Shown piece after piece: positions 34,686 to 45,320 of a DNA stretch of 64,000 nt. How positions within the stretch are numbered: the stretch's first letter is position 1; the number at the start of each line of letters is the position of its first letter. A program made the translations under genes and the position numbers. This DNA is from Eubacteriales bacterium (lineage in GTDB: Bacteria > Bacillota > Clostridia > Oscillospirales > CAG-272), in contig JAZQWB010000030.1 in NCBI GenBank assembly GCA_045632145.1, positions 48,333 to 112,332 on the forward strand. The letters are read 5' to 3'. The notes under the pieces were generated by a model, which saw only the letters and a list, made by a program, of their open reading frames with translations, had not been told where the DNA came from and did not search any database.

Positions 34686-36980
34686 ATGAAAATTCAAGTT
34701 TGTGTCAGATGTAAAAAAAGACCTGCATCGGTCTATATAACCCGTCTTGACGGTGGCAATTCTATCAACGAGGGCCTCTGCTTCCAGTGTGCGGCAGAGC
34801 TTGGCATTAAGCCGCCTCCTGTAATGGATATGCTTAAGAAGATGGGCATTGACGAGGATGCCATTGAGGGTATGACCGACGAGATAAACGGTATGATGGA
34901 AAATGCACTTGTTGAATCCGAAAACGGCGACGACAATAGCAAGGTTCCCACGCTCAATCTTGGCGAGCTTTTTGGCCTCCCCATGAAGCAACCCGAAAAC
35001 AACTCAGGAAAGAAAAACTCCGCTGATGGAAAAAAGCAGGATCAGAACAAAAAGCTTCTTTCTACCTATTGCAATAATCTTAACGATAAGGCAAAGGAAG
35101 GGAAGATTGACAGAATTGTAGGACGTGACCGTGAGATCGATCGTATGATCCAGATTCTTTCCAGAAGACAGAAGAATAATCCTTGTCTCATCGGTGAGCC
35201 CGGTGTTGGTAAGACTGCAATCGTTGAGGCACTTGCTCTTCGTATTGTTGAAGGCAACGTGCCCGAGGCTCTTGCTGATTTTGAGGTATGGCAGCTCGAC
35301 CTTACCGCCCTTGTGGCAGGAACACAGTTCCGCGGTCAGTTTGAGTCGAGAATTCTTGGCTTGCTTAAGGAAATTAAGGCTGCAGGAAATATTATTCTTA
35401 TGATCGATGAGGTGCATAATATTGCAGGTGCAGGCGAGACCTCCGACGGTAGTATGAGCGCGGCAAACCTTCTTAAGCCGGCACTTTCAAGAGGCGAAAT
35501 TCGTGTTATTGGTGCAACAACCCTCAAGGAATACAGAAAATGTATCGAAAAGGATAGTGCTCTTGAACGTCGATTCCAGCCTGTAAAGATTGAGGAGCCC
35601 TCGGTTGACGAGACGGTTGATATTATCAAGGGCATCAAGAAGTATTACGAAGGCTTCCATGGTGTATATATCTCCGACGAGGTGGCTCGTCTTGCGGTAA
35701 CTCTTTCCGAGAGATATATTACAGACCGTTTCTTGCCTGACAAGGCTATCGACCTTATTGACGAGGCGTGCGCTAAGGTTGCACTCACTTGTCCTGAGCT
35801 TAACGAGAAGCGTCGCAATGATAAGCGTCTCGGTGAGATTGATGGCAGAATGAGCCAGCTTGAAACCCTGCTTGAAAAGCCCGAGGAGCAGACAGAGTCT
35901 AACTACAAGGAGCTTGCAGACCTCAAATCCGAAAAAATAAGACTTGAAACAAGGCAGAAAATTATTATTCCTGTAATTGATAATTTGAAGCTTACTCCTG
36001 ACGATCTTCTTCGCGTTATCGAGATATGGACGGGCATTCCTGCGGCAGAGCTTTCTGCAGGAGAGCTTTCCGAGCTTACAGGCCTTTACGAGAGAATATC
36101 TCAAAAGGTTATCGGTCAGGATGAGGCTGTAAATGCGGTGGTTCGCGCTATCAGACGTAAGAGAGCAGGCGTTTCCTACCGACAGAATCCTGTATCCATG
36201 ATTTTTGCTGGACCTACAGGTGTTGGTAAGACCGAGCTTGTAAAGGTGCTTGCACAGGATCTCTTTAAGCAGCCTGAGTCACTTATCCGCCTTGATATGT
36301 CCGAGTTTATGGAGAAGCATGCCGTTTCACGTATTGTTGGAGCTCCTCCCGGATACGTTGGATATGACGAGGCAGGTCAGCTTACTGAAAAGATTCGTCG
36401 CCGTCCTTACTCGGTTGTTCTGTTTGATGAGATCGAGAAGGCTCATCCCGACGTGCTTAATATACTCCTTCAGGTTCTTGATGACGGTAAAATAACCGAT
36501 GCGCAGGGCAGACAGGTTAATTTTGAAAATACCGTTATTATTATGACTACCAACGCAGGTAGTGAAGCATCCTCTTCTATTTCAGGCTTCAGCGAGAAGA
36601 GAGAGGAGAAGGCAAAGGACAGAACAGAGAAGGCTCTTTCCACATTCCTGCGTCCCGAGTTTATCAACCGTATTGATGAGATAATCACCTTCCGCCATCT
36701 TGATAAGGATGACTTTGTTAAGATTGCAGACATTATGCTTTCAAAGCTTCGTGTTCACTTCGAGGAGAAGGGAATCAATCTTCTTTACGGTAATGATGTG
36801 CTTGAGCTTATTGCAAGGGAATCTTATTCCGAAAAATACGGTGCAAGAAATATGAGAAGATATATCGAGCGCCAGGTTGAGGATAAGCTTGCAAACGTTA
36901 TACTTGAAAATTATCACACCGGCCTTACAGGCATATCGCTTGTGGTTTCTGATGATGAAATTAATGTTGAATATATATAA
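34686..36980 (+). CDS. clpE: ClpE-like AAA+ Clp ATPase with N-terminal zinc finger
   Basis: CVRC-x22-CFQC (CX2CX22CX2C). Two AAA modules (GEPGVGKT, GPTGVGKT). Coiled-coil linker. No ClpC-type N-domain repeats. Confidence 0.85.
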   Translation: MKIQVCVRCKKRPASVYITRLDGGNSINEGLCFQCAAELGIKPPPVMDMLKKMGIDEDAIEGMTDEINGMMENALVESENGDDNSKVPTLNLGELFGLPMKQPENNSGKKNSADGKKQDQNKKLLSTYCNNLNDKAKEGKIDRIVGRDREIDRMIQILSRRQKNNPCLIGEPGVGKTAIVEALALRIVEGNVPEALADFEVWQLDLTALVAGTQFRGQFESRILGLLKEIKAAGNIILMIDEVHNIAGAGETSDGSMSAANLLKPALSRGEIRVIGATTLKEYRKCIEKDSALERRFQPVKIEEPSVDETVDIIKGIKKYYEGFHGVYISDEVARLAVTLSERYITDRFLPDKAIDLIDEACAKVALTCPELNEKRRNDKRLGEIDGRMSQLETLLEKPEEQTESNYKELADLKSEKIRLETRQKIIIPVIDNLKLTPDDLLRVIEIWTGIPAAELSAGELSELTGLYERISQKVIGQDEAVNAVVRAIRRKRAGVSYRQNPVSMIFAGPTGVGKTELVKVLAQDLFKQPESLIRLDMSEFMEKHAVSRIVGAPPGYVGYDEAGQLTEKIRRRPYSVVLFDEIEKAHPDVLNILLQVLDDGKITDAQGRQVNFENTVIIMTTNAGSEASSSISGFSEKREEKAKDRTEKALSTFLRPEFINRIDEIITFRHLDKDDFVKIADIMLSKLRVHFEEKGINLLYGNDVLELIARESYSEKYGARNMRRYIERQVEDKLANVILENYHTGLTGISLVVSDDEINVEYI

Positions 36981-36991
36981 GGAGAATTAAA

Positions 36992-37810
36992 ATGGGTTGT
37001 TCACATGATTGCTCTAATTGCTCTGAAAAGTGCTCCAAGGAATCACTCCTTGCACCTGCTAATCAGGCCAGCAATGTAAAGCGTGTAATTGGTGTTGTCA
37101 GCGGCAAGGGAGGAGTTGGTAAGTCTCTCGTTACCTCTATGCTCGCTGTTACAATGCAGAGAAGGGGATATAAGACAGCTATTCTTGATGCTGACATTAC
37201 AGGTCCCTCTATTCCCAAGGCCTTTGGATTAAAGTGCGGATGTGTTGAGGGCAGTGACCTTGGTATGTTCCCCCCTAAGACTAAAACGGGCATCGAGGTT
37301 ATGAGTGTTAACCTTCTTATGGACGAGGAGACCAAGCCTGTTGTATGGCGTGGCCCTGTAATTGCTAACGTTGTTAAGCAGTTTTGGAGCGAGGTTGTAT
37401 GGAACGAGGTAGACTTTATGTTCGTTGATATGCCTCCCGGAACAGGAGACGTGCCTCTTACCGTTTTCCAGAGCCTTCCTCTTGACGGTATCATTATCGT
37501 AGGTAGCCCTCAGGAGCTTGTTTCTATGATAGTTGAGAAGGCTGTTAATATGGCATCTATGATGGATATTAACGTTATCGGTCTCGTTGAGAACTACAGC
37601 TATATTCTTTGTCCCGACTGTGGCAAGGTTATCAGACCTTACGGTGAGAGCAAGATCGAGGATCTTGCAAAGACCTATAATACATCTGCACTTGCAGAGC
37701 TTCCTATTGACCCCAGTCTTGCAGCACTTTGCGACAAAGGTGTTATCGAGCTCTTCGAGGGAGATTATATGGAAAGAGCCGCAGACAAGATTGAGGCACT
37801 TTTAAAATAA
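36992..37810 (+). CDS. mrp: Mrp/NBP35 (ApbC) family Fe-S cluster carrier ATPase
   Basis: VVSGKGGVGKSLVTS deviant Walker A; DMPPGTGD; N-terminal CSHDCSNCSEKC. Confidence 0.9.
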   Translation: MGCSHDCSNCSEKCSKESLLAPANQASNVKRVIGVVSGKGGVGKSLVTSMLAVTMQRRGYKTAILDADITGPSIPKAFGLKCGCVEGSDLGMFPPKTKTGIEVMSVNLLMDEETKPVVWRGPVIANVVKQFWSEVVWNEVDFMFVDMPPGTGDVPLTVFQSLPLDGIIIVGSPQELVSMIVEKAVNMASMMDINVIGLVENYSYILCPDCGKVIRPYGESKIEDLAKTYNTSALAELPIDPSLAALCDKGVIELFEGDYMERAADKIEALLK

Positions 37811-37828
37811 TGTAATAACATACTGTTT

Positions 37829-37866
37829 ACAGGATCTATGAGTTAATCATAGGTCCTGTTTTTTAT
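37829..37866 (+). terminator. rho-independent terminator of mrp
   Basis: acaggatctatg...cataggtcctgt followed by ttttt. Confidence 0.75.
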
Positions 37867-37889
37867 AAAATTTTTTCTTGGTACTTATT

Positions 37890-37922
37890 TTGACAAGTTA
37901 TTTTACCCCTTTGTGCTACAAT
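37890..37922 (+). promoter_or_regulatory. spoIIG-type promoter with over-long spacer (TTGACA-21-TACAAT)
   Basis: ttgaca + 21 nt + tacaat, about 20 nt upstream of the spoIIGA ATG. Confidence 0.5.
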
Positions 37923-37943
37923 GTATGAGGAAGGGAGGAACAA

Positions 37944-38810
37944 ATGAAAACACTTTATATTGACGTATATTTTTTAATCAATTTTGTTGTTGACCTGCTT
38001 TCGCTATATTTTGCATCCTTGTTTTCAAAAACACCTACCACGACCCGAAGGCTTATTGCTTCATCAACTATTGGAGCGACGATAGCGGTTCTTACGGTGT
38101 TTCTGCCTGAAAATTTCTTTATTAAAATCGCATTTTCGTTTATAGGATTATTTGCCATGGGATATGTAGCTCCAAAGCCTATGAAGGCAAAAAGGAAGGT
38201 GAAATTTATAATATCCTTTCTTATTTTCATCTCACTTACAGGTGGAGGAGTAACCTTTATTTGGAGCTTTCTCGATAAATATGCCTCGCAAATTTTTGCT
38301 AACGCGAGTGGAAGCGCTGTTAATCGAAAAACCTTATTTTTATCAATAATTCTTCTTTTATCGATAGGAGTTTTTAAAATGATAGTTTCCTTCTTTTCTA
38401 CAAATGAAAGTGAAAGCTCTGTGGAGCTTGAAATATCCTTTCTTAACAAAACGACAAAGGTTTCTGCCTTTGTAGACAGCGGCAATCTAGCGGTTGATCC
38501 AATGGATATGAGTCCGTTGCTTATTATTAAAAAAGACGTGGCAAGGGAAGTGCTTCCCGAAAATATTATAGAGCTTTCCGATATCGATGCGCTTGATAGG
38601 AGTGTAAAAAAAAGGATTCGTCTGGTACCAGTCTCAAGAGGCGGTGTAACTCACGTGCTTGTTGGAGTAAAGGCTGATAAGATATCTGTATTAAACGGTA
38701 ATCAAAGAGAGGAGATAACGGTTACCTTGGCTGTAGATAAGGAAGGGGGTACTTTCGGTGGATTTGGTGCATTGATGCCATCTGCCGCATTAGATAATGC
38801 AATTCACTAG
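37944..38810 (+). CDS. spoIIGA: sigma-E processing peptidase SpoIIGA
   Basis: [23 protein letters not shown]; [12 protein letters not shown] aspartyl-protease motif; upstream of sigE. Confidence 0.92.
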   Translation: MKTLYIDVYFLINFVVDLLSLYFASLFSKTPTTTRRLIASSTIGATIAVLTVFLPENFFIKIAFSFIGLFAMGYVAPKPMKAKRKVKFIISFLIFISLTGGGVTFIWSFLDKYASQIFANASGSAVNRKTLFLSIILLLSIGVFKMIVSFFSTNESESSVELEISFLNKTTKVSAFVDSGNLAVDPMDMSPLLIIKKDVAREVLPENIIELSDIDALDRSVKKRIRLVPVSRGGVTHVLVGVKADKISVLNGNQREEITVTLAVDKEGGTFGGFGALMPSAALDNAIH

Positions 38811-39510
38811 TTTTATTGATTTTATCAAAAGAATAATTTCAAAAATCAAAGGGTATTTTTATAAAAACGATATATATTATATAAATGGTAATGAGACTTT
38901 GCCTGCACCACTTTCAACCGAGGACGAGGAAATGATGATAAGGAATATTGAGAGCGAGGAGGCGCGGAATATCCTTATAGAGCATAACTTACGCCTGGTG
39001 GCCTACATAGCCAAGCGGTTTGAGAACACGGGAGCAAATATCGAGGAGCTCATATCCATAGGCACAGTCGGACTTGTTAAGGCGATATCAACATTTAATT
39101 CAGATAAAAACATCAAGCTTGCAACCTATGCCTCGAAATGCATTGAAAATGAAATCCTGATGTTTATAAGAAAAACCACGACCCACAAGAAGGAAATTTC
39201 TATTGACGAGCCATTAAGCGTGGACTGGGACGGCAACGAGCTGCTTCTCTCGGACATTTTGGGTAGTGATTCTGACATTGTAACAAAGGATATGGAGATA
39301 GAGGAGGAGAGACGAATCGTAAGGGAAGCAGTATCCGATTTATGTGACAGAGAAAGAATTATAGTTGAGTTAAGATTCGGGCTTGGTGGCAGAGAAGAGC
39401 TTACGCAAAAGGAGGTTGCAGATGCTCTTGGGATAAGTCAAAGCTACATTTCTCGCCTCGAGAAGAAAATTATGACCTGTTTACGTAAAAAAATAGAAGA
39501 AAAGATATAA
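38797..39510 (+). CDS. sigE: RNA polymerase sporulation sigma factor E (pro-sigma-E)
   Basis: ...[19 protein letters not shown]...[36 protein letters not shown]...[20 protein letters not shown]. Confidence 0.93.
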   Translation: MQFTSFIDFIKRIISKIKGYFYKNDIYYINGNETLPAPLSTEDEEMMIRNIESEEARNILIEHNLRLVAYIAKRFENTGANIEELISIGTVGLVKAISTFNSDKNIKLATYASKCIENEILMFIRKTTTHKKEISIDEPLSVDWDGNELLLSDILGSDSDIVTKDMEIEEERRIVREAVSDLCDRERIIVELRFGLGGREELTQKEVADALGISQSYISRLEKKIMTCLRKKIEEKI

Positions 39511-39527
39511 TTTTTTTCAAAAAAGTA

Positions 39528-39556
39528 TTGCAAAAGTGAAAAATATATGATATAAT
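39528..39556 (+). promoter_or_regulatory. sigma-A promoter of rpmE (TTGCAA-17-TATAAT)
   Basis: ttgcaa aagtgaaaaatatatga tataat. Confidence 0.6.
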
Positions 39557-39597
39557 AAGCCGTATTAAAATGACTTTAATGTAAAAGAGGTGTTAAA

Positions 39598-39810
39598 ATG
39601 AAGGCAGGATTACATCCCGAATACAAAGAGGCTACCATTAAGTGTGCATGTGGTGCAACCGTACAGACTCACTCCGTTAAGGGTGATTTGAACGTGGAAA
39701 TTTGCTCCAAGTGCCATCCTTTCTATACAGGTAAGCAGAAGTTTGTTGATGCAGGCGGTCGTCTTGACAAGTTCAAGAAGCGTCTTGCAGCTGCACAGAA
39801 CAACAAGTAA
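39598..39810 (+). CDS. rpmE: 50S ribosomal protein L31 (Cys-containing type A)
   Basis: [19 protein letters not shown]...[29 protein letters not shown]. Confidence 0.95.
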   Translation: MKAGLHPEYKEATIKCACGATVQTHSVKGDLNVEICSKCHPFYTGKQKFVDAGGRLDKFKKRLAAAQNNK

Positions 39811-39823
39811 TCTATGTATTATA

Positions 39824-39857
39824 AAAGAGCGCTCGGATTTTTCCCGCGCTCTTTTTG
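39824..39857 (+). terminator. rho-independent terminator of rpmE
   Basis: aaagagcgc...gcgctcttt followed by tt. Confidence 0.75.
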
Positions 39858-39877
39858 CTTATTAAAGGGATTTTATT

Positions 39878-41140
39878 ATGAAGGATTCAGAAATTGTAAA
39901 AAGCTCTGCTATCATTGTTGGTATAGCCGAGCGCGGTAGTGATCTCCCCGAGTGCGAGCTTTCTCTTGATGAACTTGAGAGACTGCTTGATACCGCAGGA
40001 GGCACGGTATTCGCACGTGTTATTCAGGTAAAAGACAGCTTTGACCCTAGAACCTGTATCGGTAGCGGTAAGGTTAAGGAAATTTCCGAGCTTTGCAAGA
40101 ACAATTGCATTGAGCTTGTTATCTTCGACTTTGAGCTTACTCCTGCACAGATAAGAAATCTTGAGAATGACATTGGCGAGGATGTTAGGGTAATTGATAG
40201 AAGCATGCTTATACTTGATATTTTTGCTCTCCATGCTACCAGCGGTGAGGGTAAGCTTCAGGTTGAGCTTGCTCAGCTTAAATATAGTGCACCCAGACTT
40301 ATGGGACGCGGAACAGAGCTTTCAAGACTCGGTGGCGGTATCGGTACAAGAGGTCCCGGTGAATCTAAGCTTGAGAGCGATCGTCGTCATATGAAGGAAA
40401 AGGTATATGCTCTTGAGCGCCGTCTTGCAGAGATGGAGCATAACAGGGCGGTAATGCGTGCTCAGCGTGACAGAAGCGGTCTTACCAAGGTTGCTCTTGT
40501 TGGATACACAAACGCGGGAAAATCCACCTTGCTTAACGCATTGACAGGTGCAGGAGTTTTGTCCGAGGACAAGCTTTTTGCCACTCTTGACCCCACCACA
40601 CGTAAGCTTGAGCTTCCTTCTGGAGAAAACGTTCTGCTCACCGATACTGTTGGATTCATCAGAAAGCTTCCTCACCATCTTGTAAAGGCATTTAAATCCA
40701 CACTTGATGAGGTTGTTTATGCCGATATTCTTCTTATAGTTTCGGATATTACAGACCCCGAGGTTGCCGAACATATCGAGGTAACCAAGAACGTTGTCGA
40801 GGAGCTCGGTGCATCGGATAAGCCTATTATCTTTGTCTACAACAAGTGTGATAAGCTTGAGGGTGGTATTCCTGTGCCTGATGACGAGAATACAGTCGTG
40901 GTATCAGGTGTAAGCGGACAGGGAATTGATAGCCTTCTTTCTGCTATTGAAGATACAATTCACCAATTTAAGAAAAAATACACTCTACTTATCCCTTATT
41001 CAAATCAGTCTGTAGTCAGTGCACTTTATAACGGATATAGTGTAGAAAGTGTTGATTACGTTGACGATGGAATCAGCGTTACCGTTATTCTAGACGAGCG
41101 CGGAAGGGGGATGTACGGTAAGTATATTACCTCTATATAA
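39878..41140 (+). CDS. hflX: GTPase HflX
   Basis: LILDIFALHATSGEGKLQVELAQLKY; GGGIGTRGPGESKLE; VGYTNAGKSTLLNALT; DTVGF. Confidence 0.94.
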   Translation: MKDSEIVKSSAIIVGIAERGSDLPECELSLDELERLLDTAGGTVFARVIQVKDSFDPRTCIGSGKVKEISELCKNNCIELVIFDFELTPAQIRNLENDIGEDVRVIDRSMLILDIFALHATSGEGKLQVELAQLKYSAPRLMGRGTELSRLGGGIGTRGPGESKLESDRRHMKEKVYALERRLAEMEHNRAVMRAQRDRSGLTKVALVGYTNAGKSTLLNALTGAGVLSEDKLFATLDPTTRKLELPSGENVLLTDTVGFIRKLPHHLVKAFKSTLDEVVYADILLIVSDITDPEVAEHIEVTKNVVEELGASDKPIIFVYNKCDKLEGGIPVPDDENTVVVSGVSGQGIDSLLSAIEDTIHQFKKKYTLLIPYSNQSVVSALYNGYSVESVDYVDDGISVTVILDERGRGMYGKYITSI

Positions 41141-41144
41141 TAAT

Positions 41145-41762
41145 ATGGAAAGCTATATTACAGTCAAACAGCCATCCTACTTTGAATATGAGGATAAAAA
41201 ATCGGTGTTTATCGGTCAGGCTTGTCCTGTATCGACAGAGGCTGATGCTATTGCTTTTATTGATGCTGTTAAGAAGAAATATCCCGATGCCCGTCATCAC
41301 GTTTATGCGTATGTGCTTAGAGAGAACTTTGCAATGCGATTTACAGATGACCACGAGCCTGCAGGAACGGCAGGTATGCCCGTGCTTGACGTAATTCGTA
41401 AGAATGGATGCACAGATACGGTTATTGTGGTAACAAGATATTTCGGTGGCACACTCCTTGGCACAGGCGGTTTGGTGCGAGCGTATACCTCTGCCGCACT
41501 TGGCGCGCTCGAGAATGCCGAGATTATTAGATATGATATATATTCTACTGTAAAAATGTCTGTCAGCTATTCGGATTACGGTAAGATTACCGCACCTCTT
41601 TCGGATATGGGATTTAGAGTAGAGGATACTCTTTATGACACAGGCGTAACCCTTGTCGGTCGAATTATCAAGTCAAAGCTTGAAGATTTAAAGGCCGAGC
41701 TTACCGAAGCAACTGCAGGAAGAATAGAATTTGAAACTCTTAGCGAGGAGTTTGGATATTAA
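41145..41762 (+). CDS. yigZ: YigZ/IMPACT family protein
   Basis: KKSVFIG...YPDARHHVYAY......DDHEPAGTAGMPVLDVI....VVTRYFGGTLLGTGGLVRAY. Confidence 0.88.
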   Translation: MESYITVKQPSYFEYEDKKSVFIGQACPVSTEADAIAFIDAVKKKYPDARHHVYAYVLRENFAMRFTDDHEPAGTAGMPVLDVIRKNGCTDTVIVVTRYFGGTLLGTGGLVRAYTSAALGALENAEIIRYDIYSTVKMSVSYSDYGKITAPLSDMGFRVEDTLYDTGVTLVGRIIKSKLEDLKAELTEATAGRIEFETLSEEFGY

Positions 41763-41833
41763 TTTACGAAATTAAAAGTGTTTTTAAAAAAGCACTCGTA
41801 TATTATGGTGAATTTAGAAAAGGAGGCGCTCTT

Positions 41834-43600
41834 TTGATTAGTAAAGAAACGATTGAACAGGTTTTGATGCGTAATGACATCGAAACGTTGATTGGCAGCT
41901 ATGTATCGCTTAAAAGAGCAGGCTCCAATCTTAAGGGACTCTGTCCCTTCCATAGTGAGAAATCTCCCTCATTTACCGTTTATCCCGCTGACAATAGCTT
42001 TTATTGCTTTGGATGCGGTGCAGGTGGAGATGCAATCACCTTTATTCGTAAGAGAGAAAATCTCGATTATCCTGATGCGGTTGAGTTTTTGGCAAATCGA
42101 GCAGGAATTACGATTGTTAAGGAAGAACGCGGTGTGGTGAGCTCTGCGCCCAAGTTTGACAGAAATCGTATGTTCCAAATGAACGTCGATGCAGCAAAAT
42201 TCTTTAATAAGTGCCTCTTTGCCGATGACCCTGATGCGAAGAATGCTCTGGCATATTTCACAGAGGTTAGAGGACTTTCCATGGCTACCATAAAGCATTT
42301 CGGACTCGGCTTTGCTCCTAATAGCTTTGATGTATTTTCAAAATATATGCTTGCCAAGGGATACACTTATGACGAGCTTGTTGCAGGCTTCCTTTGTGGC
42401 AAAAATGATAAGGGCAGATATTACGATGCCTTCCGTAATCGTATAATGTTTCCTATTATCGATGTATCGGGTAACGTTATTGCCTTTGGTGGCAGAGTTA
42501 TGGATGACTCCAAGCCTAAGTATAAGAATTCCTCCGATACACCGGTATTTAAGAAGTCGAGAAATCTTTTCGCCCTTAACTTTGCCCGTCATAACTGTCA
42601 GGAGTCCCTGATACTTTGCGAAGGTTATATGGACGTTATTGCTATGCATGCTGCAGGCTTTGAAAATGCGGTTGCGACCCTTGGTACTGCAATTACATCC
42701 GAGCAGGCAAGGATGATGAGCCGTTATACAAAGAAGGTCATTATCTCCTACGATGCCGATGAGGCAGGGCAGAAGGCCGCAATGCGTGCGGTTAAAATGC
42801 TTACCGACGTTGGACTTGATGTCTCAATTTTGAAGGTTCCCGGTGCAAAGGACCCCGACGAATATATCAAGAAATTTGGCGCGGACAAGTTCAGAAATCT
42901 TCTGTCCGAATCTAAATCTAAGTTTGATTATAATCTTGAAATCATACTTTCCAAGTATGATATAAATCTTTCCCAGGATAAGATCAAGGCGCTTCACGAG
43001 AGTGAAAAGTTAATTTGCGAGACTTATTCCTCGGCAGAAAGAGATATTTATATTCAAAACGTTTCCAAGATTTTTGGAGTTGATGCGAAGAGTATCAAGG
43101 CTGACGTTAATTCGCTTTTATCTAAGGCCGAGAAGGCTTGGCGCAAGGATGAGTCCAATAAGATAAAGCAGGATGCCGTTGGTTACTCGGACAGAGTAAA
43201 TCCTGATTTTATCAAGGCTCCCGCCGCTGCAAAATGCGAGGAGAATCTGCTGGGCCTTTTACTTATGTATCCCGAGCACCGTAAGGCTGTCTTTGAAGGA
43301 AATCTTCTTACATATGATGACTTCTTTACCGAGCTTAACAAACGCATTTTTACCTATCTCGAGAATGCATATCACAATAATGGAGATTCTCATCTTGATA
43401 TCGATGAGCAGTTTACTGTTGACGAGCGAGGCAGAATTACCAGAATGAAGCTTTCCAGAATGGAGCTTAGCGACAACGGAGTGGTTGTTCTTAATGACGC
43501 TATAGACAAGCTTCGCCGTGCTGTGGAGAAGAAGAAAAATGAGAAAAACGACTCCTTCGAAAGCTTAAATAAAATACTTGAATTAAAAAGAAAAAAATAA
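41834..43600 (+). CDS. dnaG: DNA primase
   Basis: TTG start 7 nt after AAGGAGG. Zinc finger CPFHSEKSPSFTVYP..FYCFGCGAGGDAITF. TOPRIM EGYMDVI. Confidence 0.94.
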   Translation: MISKETIEQVLMRNDIETLIGSYVSLKRAGSNLKGLCPFHSEKSPSFTVYPADNSFYCFGCGAGGDAITFIRKRENLDYPDAVEFLANRAGITIVKEERGVVSSAPKFDRNRMFQMNVDAAKFFNKCLFADDPDAKNALAYFTEVRGLSMATIKHFGLGFAPNSFDVFSKYMLAKGYTYDELVAGFLCGKNDKGRYYDAFRNRIMFPIIDVSGNVIAFGGRVMDDSKPKYKNSSDTPVFKKSRNLFALNFARHNCQESLILCEGYMDVIAMHAAGFENAVATLGTAITSEQARMMSRYTKKVIISYDADEAGQKAAMRAVKMLTDVGLDVSILKVPGAKDPDEYIKKFGADKFRNLLSESKSKFDYNLEIILSKYDINLSQDKIKALHESEKLICETYSSAERDIYIQNVSKIFGVDAKSIKADVNSLLSKAEKAWRKDESNKIKQDAVGYSDRVNPDFIKAPAAAKCEENLLGLLLMYPEHRKAVFEGNLLTYDDFFTELNKRIFTYLENAYHNNGDSHLDIDEQFTVDERGRITRMKLSRMELSDNGVVVLNDAIDKLRRAVEKKKNEKNDSFESLNKILELKRKK

Positions 43601-43627
43601 CATTTTCTTAAGAAATGAGGTTTAAAT

Positions 43628-44695
43628 ATGAGCAGAGACAAAATTGATGTAAACGAGTATATTGATTCCAAGGGCGACGGTGGTATTGGTAACTCCGATA
43701 TTATGAAGGCACTTGAGGATATCGATTACGATATTTCCCAGGCCGATATTGATTCCACTAGCCCTGACGAGCTGGAAACCGACGAGCTTAAGGAAATTGA
43801 GCAGGATGCCAGAAACTTTGACGCGACCGAAAATATGGACAAGTACTTCTCCCAGGAGGGTCTTGCTATTGACGATCCCGTTCGTATGTATCTTAAGGAG
43901 ATTGGTAAAATTCCTCTTCTCACTCCCGAGCGTGAGATGTATCTTGCAGAGCAGATTTCTCTTGGTAACAAGCAGGCTAAGGACGAGCTTATTGAAGCAA
44001 ACCTTCGTCTTGTTGTAAGTATTGCAAAGCGCCACGTAGGTAAGGGTATGTACTTCCTTGACCTAATCCAGGAGGGTAACCTTGGACTTATTAAGGCGGT
44101 TGAGAAGTTTGACTATAGCAAGGGCTATAAGTTCTCCACCTATGCAACGTGGTGGATTCGTCAGGCTATCACAAGAGCAATTGCTGACCAGGCAAGAACC
44201 ATCAGAATCCCCGTTCACATGGTTGAAACTATACATAAGGTTTCCAGAACAACCCGTCAGCTTCTTCAGGAGCTTGGCAGAGAGCCTACCACCGCAGAGA
44301 TTGCAGAGGCACTCGATATGACTCCCGATAAGGTTCGCGAGATTATGAAGATTGCACAGGATCCCGTTTCTCTTGAAACTCCCATCGGTGAGGAAGAGGA
44401 TAGCCATCTTGGTGACTTCGTTGAGGATAGCGATTCTCCTGCACCCTCCGACAGTGCTTCTTATTCTCTCCTTCGCGAGCAGCTCTGCAACATTCTTCAC
44501 ACCCTTACTCCCAGAGAGGAGCAGGTAATTAAGCTTCGTTTCGGCCTCGAGGACGGCCGTCCCAGAACTCTCGAGGAGGTTGGTAAGAAGTTTGAGATTA
44601 CCAGAGAGCGTATCAGACAGATCGAGGCTAAGGCTCTTCGTAAGCTTAGACACCCCTCCAGATCCAAGACTCTTAAGGATTACCTTTCTAACTAA
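43628..44695 (+). CDS. rpoD: RNA polymerase primary sigma factor
   Basis: [11 protein letters not shown]; [38 protein letters not shown]; [17 protein letters not shown]. Confidence 0.96.
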   Translation: MSRDKIDVNEYIDSKGDGGIGNSDIMKALEDIDYDISQADIDSTSPDELETDELKEIEQDARNFDATENMDKYFSQEGLAIDDPVRMYLKEIGKIPLLTPEREMYLAEQISLGNKQAKDELIEANLRLVVSIAKRHVGKGMYFLDLIQEGNLGLIKAVEKFDYSKGYKFSTYATWWIRQAITRAIADQARTIRIPVHMVETIHKVSRTTRQLLQELGREPTTAEIAEALDMTPDKVREIMKIAQDPVSLETPIGEEEDSHLGDFVEDSDSPAPSDSASYSLLREQLCNILHTLTPREEQVIKLRFGLEDGRPRTLEEVGKKFEITRERIRQIEAKALRKLRHPSRSKTLKDYLSN

Positions 44696-44700
44696 TAATT

Positions 44701-44730
44701 AAAGGCTGCCTAAAAGGGCAGCCTTTTTTT
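44701..44730. terminator. bidirectional terminator between rpoD and spoVT
   Basis: ggctgcc-taaaag-ggcagcc with A-run and T-run flanks. Confidence 0.8.
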
Positions 44731-45283
44731 AACTCTCCATTTGCTTACCGATAAACATTCCTGCGGTTTGAATAAGCTTGGATTCAACCTCGTCGGATAT
44801 TTTACCGCTTGTAGAGGTGTCATATTGCCAAGCCGACACAACGCAGCCGATAATATCTCCTTCACTTAATATGGGCATTGCACAGTTAACGTAGTGTGAT
44901 CCGCCGTCATTTATAATCGAAATAGGCTCTCGACCGCTTCCTCTTACATACAACGAGCGCGATTCTACAATTTCTTCGAGCCCCCTCGAAATCTTCCTTT
45001 CAAGATAATCTCGCTTTGATGCACCCGATACGGCAATTACGGCGTCTCTGTCGCAGATGAAAATAGGGGAGGATGAGGTCTTTTGAAGCGTGTCAGCATA
45101 ATCTGTAGCAAAATCCTGCATCTCACCGATAGGTGAGTATTTTTTGAAGATAACCTCACCCTCGCGGTCTGTGTAAATTTCTAAAGGATCTCCTTCCTTA
45201 ATACGCATAGTGCGACGGATCTCCTTGGGTATAACAACTCGTCCAAGATCATCGATCCTGCGGACAATTCCTGTGGCTTTCAT
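44729..45283 (-). CDS. spoVT: stage V sporulation protein T (AbrB-type N-domain + GAF-like C-domain)
   Basis: MKATGIVRRIDDLGRVVIPKEIRRTMRIKEGDPLEIY. The 184-aa length matches SpoVT rather than AbrB. Confidence 0.9.
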   Translation of the reverse strand: MKATGIVRRIDDLGRVVIPKEIRRTMRIKEGDPLEIYTDREGEVIFKKYSPIGEMQDFATDYADTLQKTSSSPIFICDRDAVIAVSGASKRDYLERKISRGLEEIVESRSLYVRGSGREPISIINDGGSHYVNCAMPILSEGDIIGCVVSAWQYDTSTSGKISDEVESKLIQTAGMFIGKQMES

Positions 45284-45320
45284 ATATATAAAAATCTCCT
45301 TTAATTTTAAGGTACGTTGT

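Noticed and set aside
36992-37040. N-terminal CSHDCSNCSEKC of the Mrp ATPase as a link to the Cys repeats of the EEP protein
   Set aside because: The spacing is similar, but this is a cytoplasmic Fe-S carrier in which an N-terminal Cys cluster is a known feature of the family. There is no sequence similarity beyond the Cys pattern.
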